Below, piece after piece: positions 8,894 through 17,843 of a stretch of 50,237 bases of DNA. Numbering within the stretch: the stretch's first letter is position 1; each line of letters begins with the position of its first letter. Source of the stretch: a virus. Both the position numbers and the translations under genes were made by a program. A model generated the notes under the pieces. That model did no database searches and was not told the origin of the DNA. It saw only the letters and a program-made list of their open reading frames with translations. Location: positions 1 to 50,237 of the IMG/VR virus record IMGVR_UViG_3300045971_000013; one strand, written 5' to 3'.

Positions 8894-10346
8894 ACGCATC
8901 CCACTTACGCAACCTATTGAGAGTCGTAGTGGTAGCTTTGCTAAGGACTCTCGTTCTGTTAACTGTGTCTTTGAGACTCGGGATCAGAAGCGTGAGTTCT
9001 TAAAGCGTCCGGGACTTGTGTACGCTACTCAAGTAACTCCGATCACTCCACCTGCTTACACCCTAAGCCAAGGACTGACAGAGTTCAATGGGTACATGGT
9101 CTCCGTAGTAGCCAATGCTGTTAGAAAAACCACTACTGGATATGTTACTAGTAGCATAGGCACTACCTCTGTTTCTACTAGTCGTAGCTACTTTGCTAAG
9201 AACTTCTTGAGCACCTACTTGTTCTTTCACAACAAGGTCAACGGGTATCTCTACAGTAATGCTGGTGTCTTAACATCTCCTGCTGGTCTCCCCACTGGTC
9301 CTTACGTGTCTGGTACTGTCTTCTTGGACAACTACTTCTTTGTAGGAACTACCAACAACCGCATCTACAGTTGTGCTGTTGGTGATCCAACTACTTGGAA
9401 TGCTTTGGACTATGCAAGCTTTGAACAGTCTGCTGACACATTGGTTGGGATAGCCAAGCACTTGAACTACCTCGTAGCCTTTGGAGCTAGTAGTACCCAG
9501 TTCTTTTACGATGCTGCCAATGCCTCTGGTACGCCTCTGGCTATTGCTCAGAGCTATTCCAATGAAGTGGGTTGTGCTAGTGGAGACAGTATTGTTACTA
9601 CCGACAACACAGTGGTCTGGGTTGGTACTAGTAGCGCCTACGGTAGGGCTGTGTACCTCATGGATGGCACCACACCTGTCAAAGTGTCCACAGTTAACAT
9701 AGACAAACATCTTGAATCTGATGGTCTTGGAAAGGTCTCTGCTTACTCATACAAGTTTGGTGGGCACACTCTCTACATCCTGACTCTCCACAATAGCAAT
9801 GAAACTCTGGGCTATGACTTGAATGAGAAGATTTGGTATCAGTGGACCCAGTATGCAATGATGTCTAGTGACCAGCCTAATGCTGGTACTTACCAAGAGT
9901 CTTACTTCCGACCTACGTTCTATGCAGAGGTAGCAGGTGTTCCTTACCTGTTGGATGATGACACTGCAACCATCTATTACTTCAGCACTACGAACTACCA
10001 AGACAACGGGCAGGCAATCTACTGCCGTACCGTAACTGACATCGTAGACAACGGGACTACTAAACGTAAGTTCTATGGAAGGTTAGAAGTCATTGGAGAT
10101 AAGGTCTCTGGGACTATGCAAATACGGCATACAGGTGATGACTACAACACTTGGTCTAACTACAGGTCTGTTGACCTCAATGCTTCTAGAGCACAGACTT
10201 ATCTGGGTGGTTCTGATCGTCGTAGGGCTTGGGAGTTCCTCTGCACTAGCAACTGTGCTCTTCGCTTGGATGGTGCTGAGATTGACTTCCGTGTTGGAGA
10301 GATGGATCAAGAGCAGGGTGTTGGTGGTGGTAGGTATCGGAGATAA
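8883..10346 (+). CDS. Tail hub / nozzle protein, P22 gp10-like
   Basis: 487 aa; YLVAFGASSTQFFYDAANASGTPLAIAQSYSNEVGCASGDSIV parallels the remembered P22 gp10 block FIVCFGSSTIEYFSLTGATTAGAALYVAQPSLMVQKGIAG; follows the gp4-like gene. Confidence 0.6.
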   Translation: MATERIPLTQPIESRSGSFAKDSRSVNCVFETRDQKREFLKRPGLVYATQVTPITPPAYTLSQGLTEFNGYMVSVVANAVRKTTTGYVTSSIGTTSVSTSRSYFAKNFLSTYLFFHNKVNGYLYSNAGVLTSPAGLPTGPYVSGTVFLDNYFFVGTTNNRIYSCAVGDPTTWNALDYASFEQSADTLVGIAKHLNYLVAFGASSTQFFYDAANASGTPLAIAQSYSNEVGCASGDSIVTTDNTVVWVGTSSAYGRAVYLMDGTTPVKVSTVNIDKHLESDGLGKVSAYSYKFGGHTLYILTLHNSNETLGYDLNEKIWYQWTQYAMMSSDQPNAGTYQESYFRPTFYAEVAGVPYLLDDDTATIYYFSTTNYQDNGQAIYCRTVTDIVDNGTTKRKFYGRLEVIGDKVSGTMQIRHTGDDYNTWSNYRSVDLNASRAQTYLGGSDRRRAWEFLCTSNCALRLDGAEIDFRVGEMDQEQGVGGGRYRR

Positions 10347-10348
10347 GT

Positions 10349-11245
10349 ATGGACCTTGTTGTAGAAGCTATCAATTCTGTTTCAACTAAGGAAGGCTTTG
10401 ACCTTCGTAACCTAGACTCCAAAATGGAGTTAGCTGCTGTCTTGCTTGAGCAGAAGCAGCCAGTCAACTCTGTGTTCCACAGGTTTGGTGGTGGCTTGTA
10501 TATACGTGAGGCTCATTACCGTGCTGGGTTCTTGATCGTTGGACAGGAGCATGTCTCGGAGCACATGAACGTTCTTCTTAAGGGCAGTATCAATGTCATT
10601 GACAACGATGGTGCTGTGCAGAAGCTCACTGCTCCACACATGTTTGTTGCTAAGGCTGGTAGCAAAGTTGGCTTCACCTTAGAGGATGTTGTGTGGCAAA
10701 ATATCTATGTTACTAGTAGCACTGATGTTGCTCATTTGGAGTCTGTTCTGTTTAAGACTCCAGACCTCTTAAAAGAACATCAGGAACAAAAGCTACTGGC
10801 AGAGTACCCACTGCACGAAGAAGACCGACAAGACTTCTTGCAAGTCATCACTGAGTCCGGGTGGACTGTTGAAGACGTTGAGTTAGCATCTAAGCATAGG
10901 GCAGACTGTATCCCCTTCCCAGAAGGTAGCTATAGCATCTCAACTGGTGACTCCCCTATCCAAGGCAAAGGCATCTTCTCTACTGCTGAGATTAAACAAG
11001 GTTGCATCATTGCACCTATGCGCCTAGGAGGACATCGTACTCCTGCTGGGTACCTTACGAATCACTCTAAGACCCCTAACGCCATAGCTTGCATTGATCA
11101 TCTAGGAGATATGTTCCTAGTAGCAGCCGTGGATATAACTGGGATGGTTGGTGGTGATCTTGGTGAAGAGATCACTCTCGACTATCGACAAGTAATGAAA
11201 TTAAATGGACTCTGGAAAGGGAACCAATCATGTCTTCAGCATTAA
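10349..11245 (+). CDS. Cupin-like N-domain fused to a SET-domain methyltransferase
   Basis: 298 aa; C-terminal GKGIFSTAEIKQGCII, NHSKTPN (NHSCxPN-type) and GEEITLDY (ELxxDY-type) SET signatures; N-terminal beta-rich HRFGGGLYIRE...LLKGSINV...FVAKAGSKVGF cupin-like region. Confidence 0.7.
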   Translation: MDLVVEAINSVSTKEGFDLRNLDSKMELAAVLLEQKQPVNSVFHRFGGGLYIREAHYRAGFLIVGQEHVSEHMNVLLKGSINVIDNDGAVQKLTAPHMFVAKAGSKVGFTLEDVVWQNIYVTSSTDVAHLESVLFKTPDLLKEHQEQKLLAEYPLHEEDRQDFLQVITESGWTVEDVELASKHRADCIPFPEGSYSISTGDSPIQGKGIFSTAEIKQGCIIAPMRLGGHRTPAGYLTNHSKTPNAIACIDHLGDMFLVAAVDITGMVGGDLGEEITLDYRQVMKLNGLWKGNQSCLQH

Positions 11246-11892
11246 CCATTGGTGAGATTGCTGCCGTTGTTGGCATAGCAGGTGGTGTTAACTCACTCAC
11301 AGGTGGTGGCGTTACCAATGCTCTAGGCATGGGTCCCAAGAGTGCCTCTGGTGGTAGTGTCCAACAAGCTGCTGATCCTTTTGCTCCATACCGAGGAGAT
11401 ATGGCAAAGCAGTACTCTGATGCTATGAAACCGGGTGCCCAGACAGACATCACTCAGATGCCGGGTTACTCTCAGTTCCAGTCTGGTGTCATGGACCCTG
11501 CACTAGAAGCATCCAAGCGTAGTGGTGCTGCTAGTGGAATGATGCAGAGTGGTAATGAGAAGCTTGCTCTTCAGAAGACTGCTCAACAAGGCTACTACGG
11601 CTTTATGACTGACTACATGAATCGTCTAGCTCAAGGTAGTGGTGCTACTCAGAACCCTGCTACTGCTGCTGGTATGGGCAACAACCAGAACAACCAGAAC
11701 CTTTCCAATAGCATGGCTGGTCTAGGTGCTATTAGCCAAGGGCTTGCTGGCTTATACGGTGGTAGTCAGTCGTACACAGGCGGGGGCAACTCTTATGGTG
11801 CTGTTTCTAATGGGTGGGTACAAGATGCCTCTACCATGATGCCCAGCTTAGATGCTGGGAACATTGATCCCTCTCTTGGATGGAGCATCTAA
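11230..11892 (+). CDS. Gly/Gln/Met-rich internal virion (ejection) protein
   Basis: 220 aa; hydrophobic N-terminus, low-complexity G/Q/M/N-rich body; position after the hub as for P22 ejection proteins. Confidence 0.45.
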   Translation: MSSALTIGEIAAVVGIAGGVNSLTGGGVTNALGMGPKSASGGSVQQAADPFAPYRGDMAKQYSDAMKPGAQTDITQMPGYSQFQSGVMDPALEASKRSGAASGMMQSGNEKLALQKTAQQGYYGFMTDYMNRLAQGSGATQNPATAAGMGNNQNNQNLSNSMAGLGAISQGLAGLYGGSQSYTGGGNSYGAVSNGWVQDASTMMPSLDAGNIDPSLGWSI

Positions 11893-11895
11893 CCT

Positions 11896-13152
11896 ATGGC
11901 TAATCTAATGCAAGACATGGCCTCTGGGAGTGATGCAGCACTCCAGATGCAAAAGAACATGGTTGCTGCTCCTGATGTGCAACAGGCGCAAGCCAATGTC
12001 ATGCAGGAACAAGCTCTCAAGCTTGAACAAGAACGTGCTACGGTTGAGAAGACTAAGCTAGGTAACATCGTTACCGAGTCTGGTATCCAACTGGATAAAC
12101 AGAAGCAAGCTGCCATAGCTGCTCTTGAGAAGTCTGCTGGTTACGAACAACTCTCTGGCTCTGAGAAGGCTATGAAGCAGGCTATGACCATCATGTCATT
12201 TGATCCTGCTGCTGGTGGTAAGTTGCTTGATGCTGTTGCCGTTGCTGATCTTAAAGAAGCTCAAGCACAAGCTAAGACCTTGGACAATGCTCGTGAGCAG
12301 ATCAACATGGCTGCGTCTGTCATTGGTCAGTGGCCTGATGACAAGGTTGGTGAGAACTTTAAGAAGCTACCTGAAGCATCTCAGAAGGCAGTCATTGACA
12401 AGGTTGGTCAACAAGCTTGGGATGAGATGGATGGCAAGGCGAAAAAGAAGGTTGTGGATAACCTGTTCCTAAGTACGAACCAGAAGGTCCAAGAGCAACG
12501 TATGGCTCTGGATTTGGAGAAGACCAAGTTGCATAACGCTATGGAGCTTGAGAAGGTTCGTCTTCACAATCTCAGTACCATTGCTGCTAGAGAAGCTCGT
12601 GCAGGTAAAGCATCTAACATGTGGACCACTGCCAACAAAGAACTAGACTCATTGCGTAAGGACCCTGATCGGGTTAAGGCTCGTGAGAAGCTAGATGCTG
12701 ATGTAGAAGATGCCGAAGTTGCTGCTAAGAAGTCTACTTGGATTGGTGGCTATGAGTCTACTGATCCTAAGACCCAAGAGAAACAGACCTTCAATAGCAA
12801 GGCTGCTTATGACAAATGGCAATCTGCTGTTCAGAAGAGAGACAAGTACATTGCTAGTACTCTTGATGATGAACAAGCTATCATTGAGACTCTCCCGGAA
12901 GAAGCCAAGGAGATCAAAAACAACATGCTTGAGCGTGTTAAGAAGCAACGTCTAACGTTGTCTCCTGAAGATGCTCCTAAGCCTGCTCCCAAACCTGACG
13001 CTGGTACTCCTGCTCCTGCTGCCGATGTTCCTAGTAACAAGGGTGGTGATGGTACCCAAGGTAAGCCACTGGCTATGCCTGCTGACAAGTCTAAACTCGT
13101 GCATGGTAAGTACTATGATATTCCCGGCAAGGGACCCACTCTCTACAAATAA
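11896..13152 (+). CDS. Lys/Glu-rich coiled-coil internal virion protein with a Pro-rich C-terminus
   Basis: 418 aa; long helical K/E/Q/A composition; PKPAPKPDAGTPAPAADVP tail. Confidence 0.4.
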   Translation: MANLMQDMASGSDAALQMQKNMVAAPDVQQAQANVMQEQALKLEQERATVEKTKLGNIVTESGIQLDKQKQAAIAALEKSAGYEQLSGSEKAMKQAMTIMSFDPAAGGKLLDAVAVADLKEAQAQAKTLDNAREQINMAASVIGQWPDDKVGENFKKLPEASQKAVIDKVGQQAWDEMDGKAKKKVVDNLFLSTNQKVQEQRMALDLEKTKLHNAMELEKVRLHNLSTIAAREARAGKASNMWTTANKELDSLRKDPDRVKAREKLDADVEDAEVAAKKSTWIGGYESTDPKTQEKQTFNSKAAYDKWQSAVQKRDKYIASTLDDEQAIIETLPEEAKEIKNNMLERVKKQRLTLSPEDAPKPAPKPDAGTPAPAADVPSNKGGDGTQGKPLAMPADKSKLVHGKYYDIPGKGPTLYK

Positions 13153-13167
13153 CACGAGAGGCAAGCA

Positions 13168-16100
13168 ATGGCTGCTGATCCCTTCACAGAGTACTACTCC
13201 AAAGGTAGTGCTACTCCTGCCCCTGAAAAGTCTGTAGAGGCTGATCCGTTTGCTGAGTTTTATTCCAAAGACTCATCTGGTGAGCCTGTCCGTCCTACGG
13301 ACTCTGCACCTGACTCTGGAATCAAAGGAGACATCCACAACATAGCTCGGACATCTGCTGAGACAGTCCCCAGTGCTGCTGCGGGTATTGTTGGCTTTGG
13401 TGCTGGTATGTCTGCTGCTGCTCCTGTTGCTGCTGTTGCTGCTCCTTTGACTGGTCCCTTTGCTCCTATCACTGCTGGTGTGATTGAGTTGGCTGGGGGA
13501 CTAGGTGGTGCTTGGGCTGCTTCTGGTGCTGCTCAGAAGGTAACTAACTGGATGCACGAAGCCTTTGCTCCTGATGACTTTGCTGCTCGTCAGAAGGAAA
13601 AGGAAGCGCATCCATACGGAACCTTTGCTGCTGAGTTGGGTACCAACTTACTTGGCATGTCTCCTAAGACTGGTGTTGAAGTTGCAGGAAAGATTCTTAC
13701 AAAGCCTATCGTTCAACGTGGTGCTTCTGCTGGATTGATGGGTGCTATCGAAGCTGGTAGTGAGTACGCTGACAAGGGTGAGATTGATCCCTTGAAGGTT
13801 GGAGCTAGTATGGCTGCTGGTGCAACTATGCCCGGTTTTAACCCTGCTGGTAAGAAGCTGTTCAATGCTGGTGAGAAGGCTGTAGACGCTCTTAAAGGCA
13901 AGAAGCCTACCTCTACCCCTACCGGAGTCCCTCCGAAGCCTCCTGAAGGGGCTACGCCAGAGGAGAAGGCTAACTACATCTCTGAGCTAAAGCGCCGTAA
14001 GGCTGCTTTGGATGAGAAGGCTACTCTCAAACAAACTGCTATTAGGAACAAAGAGACTGGTGAGATTGAACTCATGGGTCCTAAGCACGATGAAGCACGT
14101 AAACAGGAGACCACCGATACACATGAACAAGGGTTCGTTGATGAGCGTGGTAACTTCCTCACTCGTAAAGAGGCTTGGGACAGAGCTACGAAGACTGGAC
14201 AGATTCCTAAAGACCAAGTACCAGAGAATGTGAAAGAGGGTTTGCATAGTGGTGACTTGCGTAAAGCTGGTGTAAAAGACTTTGAGATCACCAAGGACAA
14301 ACCTGCTGGTGAACCTGTTGCTCCTGAAGAGCCTAAAGCTCCTGTGTCTCGTGAAGACTTCAAGAAGGCTATAGGCGAGTTCGATGATCAGATGCACAGC
14401 AAGATGATCGAAAGCATGGAAGCTGACATGGCTGGGGATCATGCTGGTAAGGCTAAGGCTGATGCTGAGTTCGATGCTATGCAAAAGCAGAAGGACAAGA
14501 TGCATCAAGACATGCCAGAGGTGCAGTTTGAAGACAAGGCTAAACCTAGCTGGGAAGAGTTGCACGACCACCTGTGGGGTGCCAAGACTGTTGGTGAAGC
14601 TTTTGATCGTATTGCTAAGGCTGGTATTGGTTCCAAGACTCAGAGAACACTTCTTAGTGCTCTCAATCGTTCTGGCTACATTCGTGAAGCCACATTGTCA
14701 CTACACAATGAGTTGATCTCATACACAAACCAAGCTGGTGAGTTTAAGAAGGATGCTTCTGGTCTCTACACTGGTGGAGATCAGCATCATGTTGATCTTG
14801 GACAGCATGGTAGTGTTGCTGTGTTGGCGCATGAAGCTGTTCATGCTGGCACTCAGAAGCTCATTGACTCTGGCAAGTCTAAAGCTGCCATTGAGTTGAA
14901 ACGTCTGTATGAGTTGCACAAGTCTGGTGTAGAAGGACAGTACGAAGCTGCATTAGAGAAGTACAAAGCTGCTAATCCCAAGGCAACTATGGGAGAGCTT
15001 TCTGCATTCAAACAAGCCAGTACTTATGGCTTGACTAATGCACATGAGTTCATTGCTGAAGCCTTTTCTAACAAGCGTTTCCGTAAGCTCTTGTCTGAGT
15101 TACCTGCTGACCCCAACAAGCAACCTTCCAAGCTGAACAACATGTGGACAGCATTCAAGGATGCTGTTGCTGAAGGATTGGGCTTAGAAGCTAATCGCAG
15201 TGCTCTCGATGATGTCTTGGATCAAGGCATCAAGATGATTGAGAAGTCTCAGAAGTTTGAATCCAAACCTGCTGTTGATAGTCTTTACCCATCGGTCAGT
15301 CCTGAAGAAGCATCCAAGCTGGGTGAAGCTACAACTGCTGAAGTTGGTAAAGCTGCTGAGAAGGTGGATGTACGAACCATTCCTAACAAGGAAGCTTTCT
15401 TAGATCACGCTACTGACATCTATCACAAGTACGGGGAAGCTGAAGCTATAAAGTTCTTTGAGGACTATCGTATTGACCAGAACAAACGCTCTATTCCTGT
15501 ACCGGATACCCAGCAAGGATTGGATGATGCTCTGCACAAGATTGATACTTGGCAGACTGCTGACAAGTCAGAGCATGTCATTGGGTACAAAGAAACATCC
15601 TTGGATGGTATGGGTGAGCGTCCATCTCTCTTGCATCCTATTGAACGTAAGGCATGGGACAAGAAGGCTAAGGCTCAACTTGCAACCATGAATGAGCTTC
15701 GTGAAGCTGCATTCTTTGTTCGTGAGAACGGTGGCAAGGTTACTGGCAAGCTAGGTGAAGTCCTAGATGCTATTGACTCTGAGAACCTTTCCTTGGTTCG
15801 TAAGATCAAGGCTCTTGGTGGTGATGTCGGAGATGAGTTCGCTACTGGTCAATCACGTATCCGTGTCCAAGGTGGTGTTACTAGTAACTGGAAGAAGATG
15901 ATTACGGAGTTGTTTGCTAACCGTATGCCATTCTCCGAGAAGGTTGCTGACACTGCTAACGCTGCACACGAACGTAAGGTGTTCCAGTTGGATGATGGTC
16001 GTGTCATTGAGATACACCGTCAACCTGAAGATCGTCAGATGAAGTACCTTGATGAGAAGGGTAAGGAACAGACCAAGGAAGTCTTCAAGGGCACTGAGAT

Positions 16101-17724
16101 TTGGGAATGGAAGAACGGTATCAAGTCTAAGATCGGGCACTCTCCTGATCTAGAGTTCAAGATGGGTGATGAAGTTACTCTCAAAGACCATACCTCTGGT
16201 GAAGAGAAGAAGTTCAAGATGGTTGATGGTAAGGTGGATGCTATTGAAGCAGACTCTCCTTATCGCTATCTGCATGATGCAGAAGCTTCTGCTCGTCTAG
16301 CTAACATGGGCCTTCGTAAGATGGCTCGTGACTTGGAACTGATTGAGAACCTCAAGAAGTCTGAACTGTTCAAGAAGGTTGCTCATGCTCCTACGGATGA
16401 CTTGAAGAGTCTCCCTCCGGGTTGGAAGACCCCGGACAGTATTGACAAGATTCCACAGCTACGTGGGTACCACTTTGATCCTAAGACTGCTGCAATCATT
16501 GAAGACTTTGCTAAGGTTTGGGACAGCACAATGTGGACCAAGCTGAGTAATCAGATCGTCAAGAACATGATGTTGAACCCACTGCCGCACATGATGAATG
16601 AGGTCATGCACTTGTGGAATGCTCGTGGCTTTACTGGTTGGGTTAACCCCAAGAGCTTTGCTAGGTTTGGTACTACAGGCAAGGCTGCTTTCAATGATGT
16701 GATGACTCAATCCCAGTTCTATCGGGATGTCATGCGTGAGGGTGGTTCTATCCTAGGTGCTGAACCTCGGAACAACTACTTCGATAAGATGATCATTGAG
16801 CACGGCAAGTCTCTTGTTGCTGACAAAGAGATGGGACATGTTGTGTCCCAGCTTGCTAAGAGGTTGGGTACGTCTGTTGGTGATCTCTATAACGGTATCT
16901 CTCGTGCCTCACAGAAGGCTATGTGGGTTACTCGTGATGTGATGTACGTCCAGTACATCCGTGAGATTATGAAGATTCATCCGGGTATGGACTTGAAGGG
17001 TGCTATTGCTAAGGCAGAGACCCACATGCCTAACTACCGTATGCCTTCAGAGGTGCTTGGTAGTCGTGGTATTGCCAAGGTGTTGAAAAACCCGAACATC
17101 TCTATGTTCTCTCGTTACCACTACGGTATGGTGAAGTCTCTTGTCAACACTCTCAAGGACATCAACCCAGCTAACCTAAAGTCTCCTGAAGGTAGAGCAC
17201 ACTTCAGAGAAGGTGTGGACTCTATGATGGCTATTGGTGTGGCTATGGCTGTGCTCTATCCGTTGGCTGATGAGTTGGCTCAAGCCATGTTTGGGGAAGG
17301 TGCTGAACAACGTAGGGCTGGTCCTTACCACTTGATCCATGCAGGGGAACAGGTTGCTAAGGGTGAGAAGGACATGAGTGCTCTCATCTGGCCTATCTTC
17401 ACTTTCAACCCAATGCTGTTGATGCTTGGACAACTAGCCTTCAACAAGAAGATATTCTCTGGCAAAGAGATATATCATCCACAAGACAAGCTTGCTGACC
17501 AAGTAGGTGACGTAGCCAGCTATGCTGTTAAGCAGATACCACAAGCTCCGGGCATCATGGGTGCTGGTGAAGAGGGTGGTACCGAACAACTGATTGCTAA
17601 GAACCTAGACATCAAGGTTAAGACTGCTGCTCAACGAGCCAAGGAGAGAACTGCTAGGAAGCGTGAAGCTGCTACTACCAAGTCTCGGGATACCAAACGT
17701 AAGAAGGGTACATACAATCCATGA
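13168..17724 (+). CDS. 1518-aa internal virion / DNA-ejection protein with a zincin-like HExxH domain
   Basis: Largest ORF; N-terminal tandem ADPF(T/A)E(Y/F)YSK(G/D)S repeat; Gly/Ala-rich hydrophobic segments; HEAVH at 14830..14844 and HEFIAEAF at 15042..15065. Confidence 0.55.
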   Translation: MAADPFTEYYSKGSATPAPEKSVEADPFAEFYSKDSSGEPVRPTDSAPDSGIKGDIHNIARTSAETVPSAAAGIVGFGAGMSAAAPVAAVAAPLTGPFAPITAGVIELAGGLGGAWAASGAAQKVTNWMHEAFAPDDFAARQKEKEAHPYGTFAAELGTNLLGMSPKTGVEVAGKILTKPIVQRGASAGLMGAIEAGSEYADKGEIDPLKVGASMAAGATMPGFNPAGKKLFNAGEKAVDALKGKKPTSTPTGVPPKPPEGATPEEKANYISELKRRKAALDEKATLKQTAIRNKETGEIELMGPKHDEARKQETTDTHEQGFVDERGNFLTRKEAWDRATKTGQIPKDQVPENVKEGLHSGDLRKAGVKDFEITKDKPAGEPVAPEEPKAPVSREDFKKAIGEFDDQMHSKMIESMEADMAGDHAGKAKADAEFDAMQKQKDKMHQDMPEVQFEDKAKPSWEELHDHLWGAKTVGEAFDRIAKAGIGSKTQRTLLSALNRSGYIREATLSLHNELISYTNQAGEFKKDASGLYTGGDQHHVDLGQHGSVAVLAHEAVHAGTQKLIDSGKSKAAIELKRLYELHKSGVEGQYEAALEKYKAANPKATMGELSAFKQASTYGLTNAHEFIAEAFSNKRFRKLLSELPADPNKQPSKLNNMWTAFKDAVAEGLGLEANRSALDDVLDQGIKMIEKSQKFESKPAVDSLYPSVSPEEASKLGEATTAEVGKAAEKVDVRTIPNKEAFLDHATDIYHKYGEAEAIKFFEDYRIDQNKRSIPVPDTQQGLDDALHKIDTWQTADKSEHVIGYKETSLDGMGERPSLLHPIERKAWDKKAKAQLATMNELREAAFFVRENGGKVTGKLGEVLDAIDSENLSLVRKIKALGGDVGDEFATGQSRIRVQGGVTSNWKKMITELFANRMPFSEKVADTANAAHERKVFQLDDGRVIEIHRQPEDRQMKYLDEKGKEQTKEVFKGTEIWEWKNGIKSKIGHSPDLEFKMGDEVTLKDHTSGEEKKFKMVDGKVDAIEADSPYRYLHDAEASARLANMGLRKMARDLELIENLKKSELFKKVAHAPTDDLKSLPPGWKTPDSIDKIPQLRGYHFDPKTAAIIEDFAKVWDSTMWTKLSNQIVKNMMLNPLPHMMNEVMHLWNARGFTGWVNPKSFARFGTTGKAAFNDVMTQSQFYRDVMREGGSILGAEPRNNYFDKMIIEHGKSLVADKEMGHVVSQLAKRLGTSVGDLYNGISRASQKAMWVTRDVMYVQYIREIMKIHPGMDLKGAIAKAETHMPNYRMPSEVLGSRGIAKVLKNPNISMFSRYHYGMVKSLVNTLKDINPANLKSPEGRAHFREGVDSMMAIGVAMAVLYPLADELAQAMFGEGAEQRRAGPYHLIHAGEQVAKGEKDMSALIWPIFTFNPMLLMLGQLAFNKKIFSGKEIYHPQDKLADQVGDVASYAVKQIPQAPGIMGAGEEGGTEQLIAKNLDIKVKTAAQRAKERTARKREAATTKSRDTKRKKGTYNP

Positions 17725-17843
17725 CTACCACAGACAAGAAAAAAGAGTACATGAAAGAGTACAACCGTATGAGAATGAAGGCTGAAGCTACTAAAGAGCA
17801 GTTGCTTGCTTTTGCAAAAAGCATACTCAGGAGTTACGAATGA
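17721..17843 (+). CDS. 40-aa basic ORF translationally coupled on both sides
   Basis: MTTTDKKKEYMKEYNRMRMKAEATKEQLLAFAKSILRSYE; ATGA overlaps with the stop of 13168..17724 and the start of 17840..19168; below the ORF-track size cutoff. Confidence 0.4.
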   Translation: MTTTDKKKEYMKEYNRMRMKAEATKEQLLAFAKSILRSYE

